Source: an uncultured Verrucomicrobiota bacterium
Lineage (GTDB): Bacteria > Verrucomicrobiota > Verrucomicrobiia > Limisphaerales > UBA8199
NCBI GenBank assembly: GCA_942493075.1
Contig: OW818681.1
Coordinates: forward strand, 5,622,779-5,686,778
Length of the DNA: 64,000 nucleotides
Reading direction: 5' to 3'
Part shown: piece by piece, positions 35,250 through 44,478 of the stretch
Position numbering within the stretch: the first letter of the stretch is position 1
How the letters are laid out: each line of letters starts with the position of its first letter
Program-made: the position numbers and the translations under genes
The notes under the pieces: generated by a model
What the model saw: the letters and a program-made list of their open reading frames with translations, nothing else
What the model was told of the DNA's origin: nothing
Database searches by the model: none

Positions 35250-35597
35250 AAAATACAGAAATCTGCGAGGCCTTATTTAAAGACAGCGACCCCAGGCGTC
35301 AATGTTTGTTCGTGTAGGGAAAAGTCCACCTCCACCGGTCTTTGTCGTGCTTTGGATGAGAAGGCCGGAGGCACTTTGGCCCTGAGGAGAGATTGTGAGG
35401 TCTGCCTGCATTGTTGTCGCAAGCCAAATGGCATCGCGAAACCCAACGAGAATGGATGGACAGGGCTAAAATAGGTGAGGACACCGCGAAACACAACCTA
35501 TACTTATTTTTCGTATGAAAATGGCTCGACTTTCTCGCGCGGAACCCAATTATTATGACGATTGCCGTCGTGCCGTTCCGGATGGCGGAGTTATACC

Positions 35598-37700
35598 ATG
35601 AGAAACATTTTGAAGGCTCTTTTGAGCGTTTGTGTGACTGCGCTGGCCGTCTGCGCTTCGGCCGAGGTTAACATCTCGGGGTTTACTCCCCAGTTTGGCG
35701 TCGCCGGGGATTACGTGCGCATCCAAGGCAGCGGGTTCCCGTTAGATCAAACGACCCTCCTGGTCGTTAAATTCAACGGGACGAAGGCTCTAGCACCCTA
35801 CGTCACTGTTCCTTTCACCGAGATTGAAGTGGCTGTTCCAGCGGGGGCGACGACGGGACCGATCACCGTCGAATACGGGACGTCGGCTTCCAGCTTGCAA
35901 GACTTCACGGTGATTGGCCCCGGGCCGTACGTAAACTCGTTTAGTCGCGTCGGTGGCTATGTTCTGCTGAAAGGAAAACGATTCCTCGATCCGGACCCGG
36001 TGACTAAAGTGACCTTTAACGGAAAGAACGCCAAGTCGTTCTTTATCGCGAATGATCTCGAGTTGCAGGCCACGCCACCGGACGACGTGACGACCGGTCC
36101 CATCAGCGTTACGACCTCCATGGGCACCTTCACAACCAGTTCGAATTTTTTCGCCACGCCATCTTTGTCCTCTGCAACACCCATGTCAGGACGGGCTGGG
36201 ACGAATGTCATTATTAAAGGCAATAACCTGCTTGGCGCGCTCAGTGTCCAATTCGGCGGGCTCAACGCAACGGATTTCAACGTTCTCAGCAATCAAGGCA
36301 TCAGGGTCACCGTGCCGTCGGACACGACTAATGGGAAGATCCGGGTGAACACCCCCGGGGGATCGGCTGAAACGGCGACGCAATTTACCGTGCCGCCTAC
36401 CATCTTTGGATTCACTCCAGGGTTCGGCCCGGAAAATTCCAGCATCGTCATCACCGGAGCCAACTTTCTGGCCGGCACGCCAAAGGTTTACTTCAATGGG
36501 GTTCAGGCAGCGACTCCCACCGATGTAACCTTCGGCAAGCTCACAGCAAAGGTTCCGGTCGGGGCCACGACCGGCCCGCTGACAATCACGACGACCAACG
36601 GCTCGCACGAAAGCGCTATGCTTTTCTATCTTCCCCCAACCATCACTGGCGTTACGCCGACACGAGGTGAGCCGGGCACCGTCGTGCTGATCACAGGGAA
36701 GAACCTTACCAACGCGACAGCAGTAAGCTTCGGTGGCCAACCCGCCCAGGCTTTCACTGTCAGTAACAACGTTGCCATTTACGCGGTCGCCTCGGCAGAA
36801 GTCAGCAGCGGCAAGATCACTGTGACCACCCCAGGCGGAACAGCGAGCAGCCCTGGTAATTTCCATGCACCGCCTTCGATTAGCCTGTTCAGTCCGACCC
36901 ACGGGTTGCCTGGAACGAGTGTGGCCATCTACGGAAAGAACTTTTTGGATGCCACTTATGTAGGCTTCAATGGCACCAGTGCGACTTTCGTCGTATCCAG
37001 TAACGAGTTCCTTACCGCGATCGTTCCAGCCGGAGCCCAAACCGGGCCGATTACCATCGGGGCCCCGGGCGGCACCAATACCAGCAGCGCGGTTTTCGTG
37101 CTCGATTATGCCAGTGATCTTTCAATCAGAGCCACCGACAACCCAGATCCCGTTTGGTTCGGAAGCAACCTGATCTACACGGTATCAGTGACAAATTACG
37201 GTCCCCACGAGGCCCGCAATACCATGATTGCAAATCGGTTTCCGACAAACGCCCTGCTCAAAGCCGCCTATTCAAGCCGGCAAGGAACGATTTGGACAAC
37301 AAATGACGGTGTGCTGACAGCATCTGTGGGCACACTGCAGAATTCTCAGTGGGTGAACCTGGTGTTTACCGTGGTGCCAGCCGAGCCCGGGATTGCGACG
37401 TTTGAAGCGTGGGTGACCAGCGATTACACTGATCCCTACTCAACAAACGACTCCGTTAGAATCGAGACCTTCGTTCAACCCGTGGCTCTACTTGACATTC
37501 GCATGGCTACGAATCGAGTCAGGGTCGCCTGGCCGCTGCTGCTAACAAACTACACGCTCCAATGGCGTCCAGACCTCAACGCGGGAACGTTTTGGTCAAA
37601 TACGACAACCGTACCAGTGACTAACGAAGGGCAGCGGGTGGTATTTGAACGACTGACGAATAACGTCCGATTTTATCGCCTGGAGAACTCTGGAAAATAG
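35598..37700 (+). CDS. secreted protein with about six IPT/TIG repeats, a DUF11/CARDB-like domain and a C-terminal F-Y-R-L module
   Basis: Signal peptide (MRNILKALLSVCVTALAVCASA). A recurrent '[IL]xxFxPxxGxxGxxVxIxGxNF/L' unit appears six times. 'DLSIRATDNPDPVWFGSNLIYTVSVTNYGPHEARN' looks DUF11-like. The protein ends in 'VRFYRLENSGK'. Confidence 0.75.
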   Translation: MRNILKALLSVCVTALAVCASAEVNISGFTPQFGVAGDYVRIQGSGFPLDQTTLLVVKFNGTKALAPYVTVPFTEIEVAVPAGATTGPITVEYGTSASSLQDFTVIGPGPYVNSFSRVGGYVLLKGKRFLDPDPVTKVTFNGKNAKSFFIANDLELQATPPDDVTTGPISVTTSMGTFTTSSNFFATPSLSSATPMSGRAGTNVIIKGNNLLGALSVQFGGLNATDFNVLSNQGIRVTVPSDTTNGKIRVNTPGGSAETATQFTVPPTIFGFTPGFGPENSSIVITGANFLAGTPKVYFNGVQAATPTDVTFGKLTAKVPVGATTGPLTITTTNGSHESAMLFYLPPTITGVTPTRGEPGTVVLITGKNLTNATAVSFGGQPAQAFTVSNNVAIYAVASAEVSSGKITVTTPGGTASSPGNFHAPPSISLFSPTHGLPGTSVAIYGKNFLDATYVGFNGTSATFVVSSNEFLTAIVPAGAQTGPITIGAPGGTNTSSAVFVLDYASDLSIRATDNPDPVWFGSNLIYTVSVTNYGPHEARNTMIANRFPTNALLKAAYSSRQGTIWTTNDGVLTASVGTLQNSQWVNLVFTVVPAEPGIATFEAWVTSDYTDPYSTNDSVRIETFVQPVALLDIRMATNRVRVAWPLLLTNYTLQWRPDLNAGTFWSNTTTVPVTNEGQRVVFERLTNNVRFYRLENSGK

Positions 37701-37748
37701 GCGCGGCCTGGCTGCTGGAGGCCAGACTTTGTTCGGATTGGAAGAGCC

Positions 37749-38402
37749 CTAAAGAGAGACCAAGCCCTCTTTGATGGCGTAGCGTGTCAACTCGGCCGCA
37801 CTGCCACAGTTCAGCTTGCGCATCAAACGAGCCCGGTAGGTTTCGACCGATTTCACACCGATCTGCATGACCTGTGCGATCTCTTTGTTGCGCTTGCCAT
37901 GCGCCACCATCTTGAGGAGCGCGCGCTCGCGCTCGCTGATCGAGGGTTTATTCGACTTCCCTTCAATCACAACCTTCATGTAATCCTGCACAACTACGGA
38001 AGCGACCTCCCGACAGAGGTGCACGCGGTTGTCCATGGACTCGCGTATGGCTTGAACAATCTCGGAGGGAGATGAGTTCTTGGTGACGTATCCTGAAACG
38101 CCTATTTGCAGCGCATTGCGAACGGTCGTGAGTTCGGCATCCGCAGATAGCATGATGATTTTCACCTGTGGGAATTCCCCTAGAAGGCTGGCGGCGATTT
38201 CGATGCCACTTTTCTCGGGCATGTGAACATCCATAATGATCACCTGTGGCAGGGTTTGCTTAACCTGCCCGGCCACTTCAGAACCTCCAGCCATTTCACC
38301 AACGATCTTAAAATCGGGTTGCTCGGCGAGCACGCGGCGCAAACCGGCCCGCATCATCTGATGATCGTCCACCAAAAGGATTTTTATTACACCACTGCTC
38401 AT
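37749..38402 (-). CDS. NarL/FixJ (LuxR-type HTH) response regulator
   Basis: REC domain 'IKILLVDDHQ...VIIMDVHMPEKSG'. C-terminal 'SERERALLKMVAHGKRNKEIAQVMQIGVKSVETYRARLMRKL'. Start set at ATG 38402, 2 nt after the upstream kinase stop. Confidence 0.9.
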   Translation of the reverse strand: MSSGVIKILLVDDHQMMRAGLRRVLAEQPDFKIVGEMAGGSEVAGQVKQTLPQVIIMDVHMPEKSGIEIAASLLGEFPQVKIIMLSADAELTTVRNALQIGVSGYVTKNSSPSEIVQAIRESMDNRVHLCREVASVVVQDYMKVVIEGKSNKPSISERERALLKMVAHGKRNKEIAQVMQIGVKSVETYRARLMRKLNCGSAAELTRYAIKEGLVSL

Positions 38403-38404
38403 TG

Positions 38405-41080
38405 CTATTCCTGGGCTTTTGCATCCAAACATTGTCTCACCACTTTTGCAAGCGTTCGGGTCTCATAGGGCTTAGGCAAATAGACAAGGTCTAGTCTGCC
38501 TGGCACACCGGCTTCCACGATGTCGGTACTGTAACCGCTGGATATGATGGATTTTAGTCCGGGCCTTTGCGTTTGCAAACGCTCGATCAACTCCAGGCCA
38601 GTCATTCCTTCGGGCATAACCATATCTGTTAGCACCAGGTCGATCTGTTCGTGGTGCGTTTGCCAGAACTTCATTGCCACCTGTCCATTGGCAGCCTCGT
38701 GCACACGGTAGCCCAGCACGCGCAGAGCCTGCGCCACAGACACGCGAACTCGCGCATCATCCTCAACCAGCAGGATCGTCTCCCGTCCACCTCGCACGGT
38801 ATCGGACACCATCGCGGCGGACGCAACCGAGGCGCCCTCCTCCGCAGCCGGCAGTAGAACCCTGAATGTGGTCCCCTGCCCCAACGCACTTTCAAGCTCA
38901 ATCCAGCCCCGGTGTTGGGCAGTGATTCCGTGCACGATGGACAAACCCAGACCTGTGCCTTTTCCGACTTCCTTCGTGGTGAAAAACGGTTCAAAGACAT
39001 GTCGTTGTGTTTCTGCATCCATGCCGCAACCGGTATCTGCTACAGAAAGGCAAACAAATCGTCCAGGCCTCCGCTCCGGGTAAACAAATGTCTCGCCGGC
39101 CTCAAAATCAACGATGGAGGTGCTGATGGTAATGCGACCGCCATGGGGCATGGCATCACGGGCGTTCACTACCAGGTTCATGAGAACCTGCTCCAGCATT
39201 CCCGGGTCAGCGGCAAGGCTCGGCAACCCTGTTCGTGGATGAAACCGCAGATCGATCTGCTCACCAATGAGGCGGCCAAGCATCTTAAGGAGGTTTGCAA
39301 CCACATCGTTCACGTCCACTGGTTTAATTTCCAGGACAGACCGCCGGCTGAACATGAGCAACTGCCGGGTGAGAGTGGCGGCTCGCCGCGCCTCCGCATC
39401 GAGATCCTGCAACGATGCTCGCATATCCTCACCGAGCATGGGGTGCATCTGCAGCAAACCCAGGTGCATCATGATGGCGGCCAGGATATTGTTGAAATCG
39501 TGGGCGACGCCTCCGGCAAGCTGACCAATGGCCTCGAGCTTTTGTGACTGGCGCAGACGGCTTTCGAGGCGCTTGCGCTCGGTAACATCCTGGAAGAACA
39601 CCAACCCTCCGCGCTTGCCTTTATAAGTGAATGGCACCGCAGTGAATTCGGCCTCGAAACAGGATCCATCCTGTCGAAGACAGTGTTCCTCCGCCAGCGC
39701 CACGTGGCGGCCCTCCTTGAGGATTCGTATCCTGTTCTCGACCTGCTCTCGAAAATCCGGATGAAAGCGCTCAAGCACTGATTGCCCGATCAACGCATCA
39801 GAAGTGGAATAGCCGAAAGCCTGGGCAGCGGTTTGGTTGACATAGGTAAACCGGCTTTCCTGCTGCACGAAAATCCCTGCGGGAGCGTTCTCAACAAGCG
39901 TGCGAAAACCTTCTTCGCTCTCCCGCAAAGCGGCCTCCACACGTTTATGCTCGGTGATATCCTCCTTCACACCGAGATAGTGGGTAATTCGTCCAGAGTC
40001 ATCGGTTATCGGAGAAATGGCGGCGTGTTCCCAGAAGAGCTCGCCATTTTTTCTCCGATTGTGGAAGACGCCCCGCCACTCTTTGCCGCGAGTGATGGTT
40101 TGCCAGAGCTGCTTATAATCTGCGATGGATGTCTCGCCGGATTTCAAGATACGCGAAGTGTGCCCCCGCAGTTCCTCCAGGGTGTATCCACTTGCGTGCG
40201 TGAACTTCGGGTTCACGTATTCTATCAAGCCCTTGATATCGGTGATGACGATGCTGGCTGGGCTTTGTTCTACTGCTCGGGAGAGCTGGCGCAACTGCTG
40301 TTGAGCCTGCTCCCGCGCTGTCACATCGCGGCAGATGCTCATGGCCGCTGGTTGAGTTGCCCAGGTAATCCGCCGGGCGTTTACTTCAACGGAGATAATG
40401 CGTCCATCCTTGCAACGATGCCGTGTGGCAAACTGAAAAGTACCCTCATCAGGCACGCATGCCAATTCTCGCAAAAAAGAACTCGCAGGGCCTGAAGTGC
40501 TCACACCGAGAATATTCATCCCTGCGAACTCCGAAGCGGTATATCCGTACAACTCACCCGCGGCGGCGTTCGCAGCCAGTATCTTCCCCTCCATGTCGTG
40601 CACGAAAATCGCATCTGCGATGTTCTGGAACAACTTGCGATAGCGATCCTCGCTCGCCTCAAGAGCCTCGCGGGTATGGCGGCGTTCGAGTAGAACCCGC
40701 CACGCTCGCAGAGCACGCTCCACGATATGCGGCATCTCCGCAAAAGTTCCAGGCGACTTAACAATGTAATCGAGGGCACCGCGCCGCATCGCGTCAGCCG
40801 CCACCTGCTCATCGCCGTGGCTTGTCATGACCAGCATGGGAAACGGTCCGGCCTCGGGAGGGCTGGTCAGGAGGGAGTCCGATTTTCCATCCTCCACCAT
40901 AAGATCCAGCAAAGCGATGTCTGGCAACCAGCCTGGCACCAGCACGTGATATGCGCGCAGGCTCGACACCGCACGGATCTCACATTGACCTCCAGATCCC
41001 GCTAAGGCCCGTCGTATTGCTTCCGCATGTGCCGGTTCATCCTCAAGAATGAGGATCTTGGTGGGTTGGGTGCTCAGCAT
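38405..41080 (-). CDS. hybrid sensor histidine kinase: REC + 3 PAS + HisKA + HATPase_c + REC
   Basis: N-terminal REC ('ILILEDEP...ALLDLMVEDG'). Three PAS blocks ('YRKLFQNIADAIF', 'AVEQSPASIVITD', 'FRTLVENAPAGIF'). H-box 'GGVAHDFNNILAAI', G-boxes 'DTGCGMD' and 'GTGLGLS', and a C-terminal REC ('ILLVEDD...LVLTDMVMPEGMTG'). Confidence 0.9.
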   Translation of the reverse strand: MLSTQPTKILILEDEPAHAEAIRRALAGSGGQCEIRAVSSLRAYHVLVPGWLPDIALLDLMVEDGKSDSLLTSPPEAGPFPMLVMTSHGDEQVAADAMRRGALDYIVKSPGTFAEMPHIVERALRAWRVLLERRHTREALEASEDRYRKLFQNIADAIFVHDMEGKILAANAAAGELYGYTASEFAGMNILGVSTSGPASSFLRELACVPDEGTFQFATRHRCKDGRIISVEVNARRITWATQPAAMSICRDVTAREQAQQQLRQLSRAVEQSPASIVITDIKGLIEYVNPKFTHASGYTLEELRGHTSRILKSGETSIADYKQLWQTITRGKEWRGVFHNRRKNGELFWEHAAISPITDDSGRITHYLGVKEDITEHKRVEAALRESEEGFRTLVENAPAGIFVQQESRFTYVNQTAAQAFGYSTSDALIGQSVLERFHPDFREQVENRIRILKEGRHVALAEEHCLRQDGSCFEAEFTAVPFTYKGKRGGLVFFQDVTERKRLESRLRQSQKLEAIGQLAGGVAHDFNNILAAIMMHLGLLQMHPMLGEDMRASLQDLDAEARRAATLTRQLLMFSRRSVLEIKPVDVNDVVANLLKMLGRLIGEQIDLRFHPRTGLPSLAADPGMLEQVLMNLVVNARDAMPHGGRITISTSIVDFEAGETFVYPERRPGRFVCLSVADTGCGMDAETQRHVFEPFFTTKEVGKGTGLGLSIVHGITAQHRGWIELESALGQGTTFRVLLPAAEEGASVASAAMVSDTVRGGRETILLVEDDARVRVSVAQALRVLGYRVHEAANGQVAMKFWQTHHEQIDLVLTDMVMPEGMTGLELIERLQTQRPGLKSIISSGYSTDIVEAGVPGRLDLVYLPKPYETRTLAKVVRQCLDAKAQE

Positions 41081-41108
41081 AAAGAGGGGAGATCAACTGC
41101 GATCCAAC

Positions 41109-41588
41109 TCAGGAACTGCGATGGGGCTGGTCAACGAAGCTGTGCGAGTCAGGGTATCGATTCCACGTCAGCCAATAGAATCCAAAGGCTTCCATGAGCG
41201 TCTTGAACTTATCGAAATCGACGGGTTTGACCAAGTAACTGCTGGCACCTTTTGCATAGGCTTTGACCATGTCGGCTTCGGCTGAGGAGGTGCTGAGGAT
41301 GATAGCGGGAATGTCGCGTAATTCAGGATTGGCTTTGAGGTGAGCCAGCACTTCCAGCCCATCTACTTTAGGCAAACGCAGATCGAGGAGGATCAGGTCG
41401 GGACGCGGTTGCTCCGGATTGCCCCCTTGTTCCACTCTCACATCAAGATAATCGAGTGCTGCCTGGCCATCAGTCACATGAATCAGCCGGTTGGGAACTT
41501 GGAAGTCGGCCAGGTTCCGTTTGACGATCTCGGCATGGGCAGGATCATCCTCCACCAGCAGGAGATTCACAGGATGGCGGGTTTTCAT
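41109..41588 (-). CDS. single-domain response regulator (receiver only)
   Basis: 'NLLLVEDDPAH', the acceptor in 'LILLDLRLPKVDG', and 'YLVKPVDF'. No output domain. Confidence 0.9.
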   Translation of the reverse strand: MKTRHPVNLLLVEDDPAHAEIVKRNLADFQVPNRLIHVTDGQAALDYLDVRVEQGGNPEQPRPDLILLDLRLPKVDGLEVLAHLKANPELRDIPAIILSTSSAEADMVKAYAKGASSYLVKPVDFDKFKTLMEAFGFYWLTWNRYPDSHSFVDQPHRSS

Positions 41589-41606
41589 AAGTCCATTTTT
41601 TTAAAG

Positions 41607-43655
41607 TCACAAGAGACGTGTGCCGGTCAGGGTAAACCGAAAGGTTGCTCCGCTTCCCGGGCCGGCGGATTCGGCCCAGATTCGCCCGCCATGAACCTCA
41701 ACGATCCGTTTGACAAGTGCGAGTCCGATGCCAGAGCCAGGGGTTCCGGGATGCAGCTTCTCAAATAGTCCGAACAACTTTCCCTGGTGCCGCGGGTCGA
41801 TCCCGGAGCCGTTGTCCTTTACGAACAGGACGATTTGCATCTCGTCCTGTTCCACTCCGATCTCGATTAACGGCGAAGCCTGGTCACCCATGAACTTGAC
41901 TGCGTTATCGAGGAGGTTCTGAAACAGCTCCATGAGGCGCTGCCGATCTCCGTGGAGCATGACGGGAACCTCGGTTACCCGCACCTTAACCTGACGCTCG
42001 GCAACTTGGCCGGCCACTTGTTCCTGGGCCGCCTGAGCGATCTGCTGCAATGTTACATCCTCCGAGGTGTTCACCTTGCGTCCAATACGAGAAAGTTCTA
42101 AAAGCTCATCCAATAGTTGAAGCATCCGGGAAGCCGCCAGCCGGATGTACTCCATATCTGATTTTATGCGAGTGGCGTCTCCAGTCTGCATATCCTTCTC
42201 CAGATATCCGAGGAAAGTCTGGATGGTCACAAGAGGGCTTTTCAGATCGTGCGAAACGGTATAGACGAAACGCACTAACTCCTCATTCCTCTCTTGCAAG
42301 GCTCGTTCAGCCAGCTTCCTGTCCGTGTCGTCCAGAATAATGCCGTGCCACAAGGTGCTGCCGTCTTCCAGTCGCTCGGGCTGTGCATTTGAAAGCCGCC
42401 AGCGCAGCCCCTGGCGGGGAAGGATGACGCGGAACTCAGAATGGAAGGGCTTAAGAGTGCGGGCGGATTCGAGAATGTCCTGCGTGACGCGGTCACGGTC
42501 TTCCGGATGCAATCGTCCAAACACAGGGGTGGCATCCTCGCGCACAGCCTCCGGGGTTACTTCATAAATGGTATTCATCCCCGGGGTGGAGAACGGAAAA
42601 CTAGAGCGCCCATCAGGGAACCAGCGGTATTGATAAACCACACCAGGGACCTGTGCGGTGAGTTTCAACACCATGTCGTGGCTTTCTTTGAGAGCCTGCT
42701 CGGCTCGCTTGCGATCCGTGATGTCGTGGATGATAGAATGGAGCAAGTGCTTGCCGCCCATGTTAATCGGACCGCTGAAGACCTCCACGTTCCTGATTGA
42801 TCCGTCCGCGCGGCGGTGAGCGAATTCAAAATACAAATGCTGGGTCGCTGCACTCGCCTGGCCCATCTCCGCCATGAGCCGCTCCCGGGGAAGCGTGTTG
42901 ATCTCATGCAGGTGCATCCCCCGGAGCTGTTCCCGAGGCCACCCGTAGAAACGGCAGGCCGCAGGATTGGCATCCACAATCCTGCCATCACTTGGATCGA
43001 CGACAAGCATCGTGGCATGGTTATTTTCAAACAGGTTTCGGTATCGTTCCTCACTCTCAGCCAAAGCAGCATTCACATTCTCACGCCGAATGCGGTTGGC
43101 CATAAGGAGCCCCATGGCCATCGTGGCCAGGGGATACACGAGCATCACTGGGGCCGCGACGACTGTCATAACCTGACGTGCGACATCCCACGGCAGCGTG
43201 AACATCAATGCGAGCATCACCATGTGGGTGGCGACGCCAAACACCAGCAACTCCGTTGCCGATATCGATTCGATGGCTCCGCGGCGATACCGCCGCCAGA
43301 GGATTCCCATTGTGCCCGTTGCCACAATTACAAGTGTCCCCGTCAACGCGGCGCCCCCTTGGGATATACGAAAAAGAGCGGTGATGGCCATGGCCACCAC
43401 CGTCGGGATTGTTCCCAGGAATAGGCCTGAAATGCTCAGTAAAACGGATCGGGTATCGAATACCACGTGGGAATCTAAGCGGAAGCAGCTCAGGATAAGC
43501 GCGACACCCAACCCGCCGATCACGGTTCCGATCAGGAGCTGCCGCAGCAATTGGTTGTCTAAACGCACACGGCTAGTCGTGAGATCAAACACCAGAATCA
43601 TTGCCAGCAACAGGGAGGCGTTGTGAAGCAAGCTGAGAAGGGTGTTTTCTATCAT
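41607..43655 (-). CDS. sensor histidine kinase: N-terminal multi-TM 5TMR-LYT-like domain + 2 PAS + HisKA + HATPase_c
   Basis: About 190 aa of TM helices with 'VFDTRSVLLSISGLFLG' (LytS/YhcK-type). PAS blocks ('YRNLFENNHATMLVVD', 'VPGVVYQY'). H-box 'SHDLKSPL', 'DNGSGID' and 'GSGIGLA'. Confidence 0.85.
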   Translation of the reverse strand: MIENTLLSLLHNASLLLAMILVFDLTTSRVRLDNQLLRQLLIGTVIGGLGVALILSCFRLDSHVVFDTRSVLLSISGLFLGTIPTVVAMAITALFRISQGGAALTGTLVIVATGTMGILWRRYRRGAIESISATELLVFGVATHMVMLALMFTLPWDVARQVMTVVAAPVMLVYPLATMAMGLLMANRIRRENVNAALAESEERYRNLFENNHATMLVVDPSDGRIVDANPAACRFYGWPREQLRGMHLHEINTLPRERLMAEMGQASAATQHLYFEFAHRRADGSIRNVEVFSGPINMGGKHLLHSIIHDITDRKRAEQALKESHDMVLKLTAQVPGVVYQYRWFPDGRSSFPFSTPGMNTIYEVTPEAVREDATPVFGRLHPEDRDRVTQDILESARTLKPFHSEFRVILPRQGLRWRLSNAQPERLEDGSTLWHGIILDDTDRKLAERALQERNEELVRFVYTVSHDLKSPLVTIQTFLGYLEKDMQTGDATRIKSDMEYIRLAASRMLQLLDELLELSRIGRKVNTSEDVTLQQIAQAAQEQVAGQVAERQVKVRVTEVPVMLHGDRQRLMELFQNLLDNAVKFMGDQASPLIEIGVEQDEMQIVLFVKDNGSGIDPRHQGKLFGLFEKLHPGTPGSGIGLALVKRIVEVHGGRIWAESAGPGSGATFRFTLTGTRLL

Positions 43656-44017
43656 AAGGCACCCCCATTTGCGCTGCCCAGACTCACCTCGATAGGAAAG
43701 CAGGCGCGCACCCTATGCCCCTGTAACAAAATGGTCAGGTTCCTAGCCACTGGTGCCCAACTCACCTCAAGCCACCTCCGTGGTTCCCCTGCAAAAGTGC
43801 GCTTCTGCTCAAAGACACAATCCAACCCAAGGCTTGAGGCGGCCAAACTTTCTCAGAACGTCAAAATAATGTCACGCCCGAAAAACCGAAAAACGAGAGA
43901 TCCGGCGTTGTAGTTTGGAGATGAGAAAGTAACAGCTTGTGGGACGCACCGTGCAGTATGGCCTAAGCACCCGGAGCTGATGTAAAATTCAGATCAAGTT
44001 CCCAAGGGCTCACCAGC

Positions 44018-44466
44018 CTAATCGAACTGAATTTGTAGATACTCCTGATCCAACACTCTCCGCTGAATGGGCGACAAACCGGACTGTCGCCGAATTTCCA
44101 GCGCCTGTGTTTTAAGGTGCATAAACGCTTGTTCAGCCTGGCCAACCATCCTCTCAACAGAGTTGTGAGGGGGGGGGTAGGACACCCATTCTGGTTTAGC
44201 TTCAACAGTGCTAAGAGCATTTGCCGGTGCCAATAGACCGTAACCAGGAGTGCTTGCTGCCAGCGAGGAAGTTCCGGAAACAGAAACGCGGTGCGCAAGA
44301 CGATCCGCTGCTGCTCAGGAGGCTCATTCAACGCCCATGCTGCGTGTTGCAGAGTCTTGGGGGAGCCGGAAGCCAACGCCTCCAGCGCAAACTCATCGGC
44401 GTCGTTTAACAACCTTGTGACGGTGGTTTCATCGACCAGAGGCAGGCTTTGAGATGCAGTTGTCAT
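44018..44466 (-). pseudogene. hypothetical protein gene interrupted by a frameshift at a C9 (G9 on + strand) homopolymer
   Basis: ORF 43963..44466 reads sensibly up to '...LKLNQNGCPTPP', then turns W/R/C-rich. ORF 44018..44233 in the neighbouring frame reads sensibly only after the tract ('PPPHNSVERMVGQAEQAFMHLKTQALEIRRQSGLSPIQRRVLDQEYLQIQFD'). One extra C would fuse them into about 150 aa. The start is 12 nt after the mcp stop. Confidence 0.45.
44169..44177. repeat. G9/C9 homopolymer inside coding sequence
   Basis: Nine consecutive G on the + strand, counted directly. This coincides with the frame switch described for 44018..44466. Confidence 0.95.
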
Positions 44467-44478
44467 GGTGCCTGACTC

